The notes under the pieces were generated by a model. The model was not told the DNA's origin, searched no databases, and saw only the letters and a list, made by a program, of their open reading frames with translations. A stretch of 51,171 nt of DNA, counting the filler, from Catajapyx aquilonaris (Eukaryota), in assembly GCA_000934665.2 (NCBI GenBank). It is 2 parts of 2 records of this genome, joined end to end, with 100 filler letters (N's around TTAATTAATTAA, not from the genome) between each part and the next. Parts side by side here need not be neighbours in the genome. Positions count along the whole stretch, not along the records: positions 25,637 to 51,171 come from JYFJ02005354.1; 1 more part is not named here. The stretch is one strand, 5' to 3'. This document shows positions 46,039 through 51,171 of this stretch, piece by piece (the stretch's first letter is position 1; every line of letters starts with the position of its first letter). A program made the translations under genes and the position numbers.

Positions 46039-46695
46039 ATATAGGTGGTGATAATCAAATTGATCATGTACTTACAGCTATCATATAGACACCAAATTTG
46101 GCATAAAGATAGGTTACGGTCTGGGACACTAGGGAAAAGTCCGAAACTGGAACTCGATCACCTAGATTCTAGATGGCGGGCATTTCGAATCTTAAAAAAA
46201 TCGTAAATCAGCCATTACTGATCGCAGAGACATAATGGAAACTGATCTGAAATCCTCAAAACAAGGGCTACTACTTAATATATGAACATTAGGAATAGGC
46301 CATCTTGATTCGAGATGCCAGCATTTTAATAACTTTATACAGCCATTATTGATCAGGAGAGACAAAATGGAATCGTATTAAAATCTCAAACCAAGGGGAA
46401 CAACTCCACAAATAAAAATTATTAGGCACCAGACAACTTATGCAGGCATTAGAAAGAGAAAAAAATCATTCATCTAAGCCATTGTTGATCGATTGTTGAT
46501 GAACTAACAATTCATTACTAGCATTGCTGATTGATTGTTGATGCACTAACAATCGATCTGATTATTAGCATTGTTGATCGATTGCTGATCGATTGTCGAT
46601 GAACTAACAATAAAATAATATGAGACAGCAAAATAATAGTGAATCTGTGATTTACCGTGTACGCTTGGGAATAATTTCCAATAACAATATCCAGG

Positions 46696-47460
46696 TACTT
46701 GCTGAGAGACTCGTGAATATCACGTGGACTGATCCTACTGGCTGATTCGATCAACTTACGAGGCAATTATCCAGCCTGCCAGAAGATGCAATATTTTTTG
46801 TTTGCTGCCAACCAACCACATTGTGCAAAGCCTTACATAAAGCCATACTTGAAGCTATAAACTCTCCTGAGATCATCCTGGAAGCTGAGGACTCGTTGGA
46901 CTGTCCCAGATCTATGCTCCAGTCAATAAGCTATACTCAAAAAGTACGAAGAGGATTGTTCTACTCTAATACGGCTGGTTTGGAAAAAAAAACATTGCTA
47001 TGTTAAACTTGACACAAAGATTATTATATGTTAAGAAGAAACATTGATGTTACTCTTCGGTGCAGTGGGTACCGTACTGAGTGTTATGTACAACCCAGAC
47101 ACTCAAAAAAAAGTAAAATCCATAAAAATTCAACTTTCTTTCGGATGAGAATACGATTTAGGGCCTGTGAAGAGCAAATTTGAAGTTACCACAAAAGAAA
47201 TTCGTCTAAGCTTATAGAAAACAGTTCCCTAATAACGATAGCTTACACGGCATCCCAATTCACAAGAGTCACGGCTCGAGCTTAGACACTGTCCTAATCG
47301 ACATCGGCTCATCACCTTTCTGTTGCGCCCAAACCTAAGTAGCCTTGGCTCGTGTCACAACAATTGACGGAATCCATAAAATCAACGTTGATCATACCCA
47401 GGTAAAAGCTAACACAATAGAAACTCCTTATACTGGAATACAACAGACTCGGACATAATA
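46696..47460 (+). mobile_element. Degenerate PIF1-type helicase fragment (Helitron/Helentron RepHel remnant)
   Basis: Across frameshifts it reads SNTAGLEK, MLRRNIDVTL, RKQFP.TIAY, IHKSHGSSLDTVLIDIG, AQT*VALARVTTIDGIH and ILEYNRL, the PIF1 C-terminal motif series. Confidence 0.85.
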
Positions 47461-47714
47461 TTAGACAAATCACAAAGTAGCCCTCCTAATGTCACGGAAA
47501 CAAGGTAGATGTGTATGATGGGAGAATTGTTGGTTTGGGGTGATGGAATAAGGTTGGGAAGAGCATGGCATGGGCGGCCCTCTTACAAACATGTTATGTG
47601 TCCTCTGACACTTTGAAAATAAAAACCTATCAATTCCACACTTATATCGTATTTTCCTGTGTACCGGAGAAAATATCACTCCTTATTTACTGCAACTGCA
47701 AAAAAAGTCTTGAG

Positions 47715-48462
47715 ATCTAACCAAAAACGGACTCGTAAAAAAACCGCCAAGTCCGTAGCCACTCCGCCAAAAAAAGTCGTGAGATCATGGGTGGACACCA
47801 AGCCTCTTTGTGAGACTATAGATTAAGTCAAGTTACTTGGCTCACGATTGGAGACTATAGACTTACAACTCGTAGACTTGGCGCATGGTTCGAGACTATA
47901 GACTAAGGTTGAGCCACTTGGTTCACCGGGCATGAAGAGCAATAGGTGCTGGCTTAATGATAAAATTTAGTAGTTTCTGATCAACCAATGACTGTTACAC
48001 GCCTTCCATTTACTGCTGTAATATACAGACTGCAATTCCTTAATTACCGTATACTCATGTAGTAACCAATTCCCCCTTCAAACCATACAGGGTGTTTCTC
48101 AACTCGCGTCCAAAACTTCTAGGGTGAACTCCTGAGCACCAGTGAATCGCTTCACCTGCTCTATGTAAAGTGATCCACTGGTGCACACGAGTTCAACCTC
48201 AAAGTTTTGGACACGAGTTGTAAAACACCTTGTACCGGTATAATTCCCCGTGAGCCAAGTCGCTCACCTTAGTCTATAGAGTCTCGAACCATGCGCCAAG
48301 TCTACGAGTTGTAAGTCTATAGTCTCCAATCGTGAGCCAAGTAACTTGACTTAATCTATAGTCTCACAAAGAGGCTTGGTGTCCACCCACGATCTCTCGA
48401 CTTTTTTAGGCGGAGTGGCTACGGACTTGGCGGTTTTTTTACGAGTCCGTTTTTGGTTAGAT
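47715..48462. mobile_element. Foldback-like element with ~215-bp modular TIRs
   Basis: ATCTAACCAAAAACGGACTCGTAAAAAAACCGCC... is near-perfectly mirrored at ~48247-48462; internal GAGACTATAGA subrepeats three times per arm. Confidence 0.9.
48088..48232. mobile_element. 145-bp TA-flanked CAGGGTG-type MITE nested in the foldback element
   Basis: TA|CAGGGTGTTTCTCAACTCGCGTCCAAAACTT...AAGTTTTGGACACGAGTTGTAAAACACCTTG|TA. Confidence 0.85.
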
Positions 48463-48550
48463 GATAATTTACACTAGATAAAACGATAATTTACACTAGA
48501 TAAAATGATAATTTACATTAGATAAAATGATAATTTACACTAGATAAAAT
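48463..48550. repeat. 22-bp tandem repeat x4
   Basis: GATAATTTACACTAGATAAAA(T/C) four times, starting directly at the foldback terminus. Confidence 0.9.
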
Positions 48551-49930
48551 GAATTTATTCTGAGGGGGAAGGGGTGCCCCCATGATGGGGGGCCCTTGGC
48601 CTCCACCGTCGGTTTTCAGGTCGCAGTGCACCTGGAAGTGATTCGACAATGCTTTCACATATTCATTACCTTAGCCTTCAGTTTCATTTACAAGACGATA
48701 TTATTTTCTTGATACAAGGAAATAATTAATTTTGTGAGGTTAGTGCCATGATTATTGCCTCAACTTGCAGCATGTCACATAGAAGTTATCACAGCGGCCA
48801 ACCTAAAAATCATTAATTCGATATGGGTGTCTGTGACATCGAAATAACCGGAAAATGGGACAGAAATAAATTGATAACTAATCTAAAGCATACTGTATGT
48901 GTAATGGATGTATGATCCAGTTCATTGTATTAGTATCTTTACTGTTATCCTGGTATTTGCGGGCACTTAGGTCCGGGGACCAAGGCAAGGGACCGGAGGC
49001 CCTCGAGCTGGCTTTTGCTTCTTTGAAACTGGCAGAGCCGATGTGACGTCCCGAAGCTTTAAAAGCGCCGCGTATGCATTAACTACGCAACAGTGTACGC
49101 CGGCGCCCAAAACTAATTGCACGTCCCTATATTAGTTTTGCGAGTATAGGCACGGAGTAAGGGCACGGTTCGGTATATGCCTGCCATTTCCGACAGGACC
49201 TTGAACTTGGATGTCGCTGCTGGAACCAGACGCTTGACGTTTCACGATCGTCAGTGTAGCTATGACACACAATAATTGTGACAGATTTTCACTTTCGAGT
49301 TTCTTCTTTACCGCAACACACACTACGACTACATCAAGGCCGGGCCTTGCCCTACATTGTGTCGATATTAAAGGTTAAACTATGGCAAAGTTCGTGATAA
49401 AAGCATTTTAAGGGCGATAGCCCTTAAGTAAGACCGTAGCATAGATTTTAACAATGAATTTCTTCAACATATTCTTCTTCTTGTTGTTGTTACGCTTTTT
49501 TTATTCGCCCTAACTCAAGTTCTGCTGTAGGTAGAGCTTCCAAATTTTGAACACAGATGCCCACCGTCGTGAAGTGCATTCCTACCATTTACGGCTAAAC
49601 TCAATTCCTCTTCAAAACGCCGCAAAAAATTTAAAACCACCAAAAAATGCGTCTATATTTTTTTGCTCAATAACTATTCGGAATTCGGTTCCTTCATCAA
49701 AAGGTCGAAGGTGCAGTGGGATGGTGCGGATCTATTTTCAAAATATCACAGTTCCCACTGCTACAGGATTGGAGCTGTGATTTTTTACCTGTTATTTTTC
49801 TGTCATTAATTCATTTGTTCATAATCCCATCACCTAGAAACGACAATCTTGTTTACCCACTAGCCATATTGTTATTAGCCAAATGTTACGCTGCCGCTGG
49901 TGTGAACGCATTGCACTTATTACAGATTTG

Positions 49931-51014
49931 CAGTTGAATCCGGATATAACAGCCTCGGCTATAACAGACTTGGTTATAAAGGTCGTCCCGGCATGCTTCC
50001 ATTAGGCACTGTGTATTTGCACTCCTGATGTAACAGACTCATTTTCACCTCACCTCCGGTATGACAGACCATTTCTTAAACCCTCGGTGGGAAAATACAG
50101 TATTGTTTTCCAGGTATAAAATGCAAAAAGGAGACGGCAGAAGGAAATTTCGGATAATTTGGTCCTGCATAATTTTCGGGTGAGCCAATATTGCATTTGT
50201 GACAGATTTCATTAATCGGTATGTAGTCTAGTAGTGCATAGTACATACATATGGAAATCAGAAAGGACCTGTTCAAAGTTATCCTGGCAAAGAAAGGCCA
50301 CCCACATGGCTCAATGATTCGTGTCATTAGATTGGAGCAGATCACTGAAACTTGGCAACGCAGGGGAGTTGGATCAAAATGTTGCTGTCCAGCCACTTTA
50401 ATATATGTCATTCAATGGAAGAATGCTTCTAAAGGGTGACCTCGGGTGACCTTCATCAGTTTGGAGAAAGAGTTCGCCCTTGATTTGCGAACGACTGCCA
50501 TCCTGAATCCGCCCCTCGCTCCTCTCTCTCTTTTAGGGGAGAGTGGGAGAGAGGAGAGAGGGAGAGAGGGAGAGATACGCGATAGGGCAAACGCGTGATA
50601 TCTCGATGGGGCTTGCATTTCGCATATCGGTTCCCTGAGGCGGCATTTGTTTCACACGAATATTCTTACAACATTTTTGCGGGGTAAAAACCACACGAGT
50701 TTTCCTGCCTCTAAATCCACTAATAAAACAGTTCACCACGTGACAACATGTTTTGAATCTTACCAAGGCCGCCAGGTAGCAACCCCTACCACATCAAAGA
50801 TACAGTCAGTGGCGAACACAGCGGCCTTTAGCGTAAAACTAGGTGCATAGATTATACACTACAAGATGCGCAAGATGGTTGCCGTTTAGGTAGCGGGGCT
50901 ACTTGAACAGGTCCTTTATGTTTTCGTTGCGTGACGATTCGGCTATAACAGACCTCGGTTATAACATACTTTTTTTCCCAGTCTCTTGAAGTTTGTTTTA
51001 TCCGGATTCAACTG
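49931..51014. mobile_element. Non-autonomous pogo/Tigger-like element
   Basis: TIRs CAGTTGAATCCGGATA / TATCCGGATTCAACTG|TA; subterminal CGGCTATAACAGAC..GGTTATAA at both ends. Confidence 0.8.
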
Positions 51015-51171
51015 TACTATTAAGCCAGACTAATTAAATCAGACTAACCGTTGGCTGGTAGCACTCGACTTTCTTTTTTTTACGACTATCTCTGTGAAAA
51101 TAATTTTAGGAACTTCTAAGCGACGAAAATCGTCTCCAATGGATTCATAGTGCAGACTGTATAGTGTATGT

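Larger units (their letters stand above)
45287..49292 (-). pseudogene. Fibrinogen-related copy 5 (pseudogene)
   Basis: Exon 1 about 49292-49185 with ATG>GTG. Exon-4 stub 48631-48599 (VHCDLKTDGGG). Frameshifted exon 6 45418-45287 (QQFSTLDSDN..GAWWYNAC). Last exon absent. Confidence 0.85.

Overview
This is eukaryotic genomic DNA, probably from a non-dipteran arthropod, with spliceosomal introns and no prokaryotic features. It is two contigs joined by an artificial 100-nt linker (44 N + TTAATTAATTAA + 44 N at 25537-25636). The left contig is gene-dense. It holds a BC-box/Cul2-box LRR gene with a +1 frameshift, an IPP-like BTB-BACK-Kelch gene, an 18-exon IQGAP gene, two tandem small orphan genes starting MGN(S/C)LSKEA (N-myristoylation motif), an intronless MATH-BTB (SPOP-like) gene with a frameshifted tail, and a C2H2 zinc-finger remnant. 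The first IQGAP intron appears to host a complete antisense JHBP/group-7-allergen-like secreted-protein gene. The right contig holds an intact XPC gene followed by a tandem array of five fibrinogen-related (techylectin/ficolin-like) copies: one intact, one with a mutated acceptor and three pseudogenes. The array is riddled with nested MITEs, SINEs and Helitron-type elements, including a PIF1-helicase remnant. The best candidates for something undescribed are the myristoylated microprotein pair and the nested gene. All calls were made by eye, and family names are recalled rather than searched.
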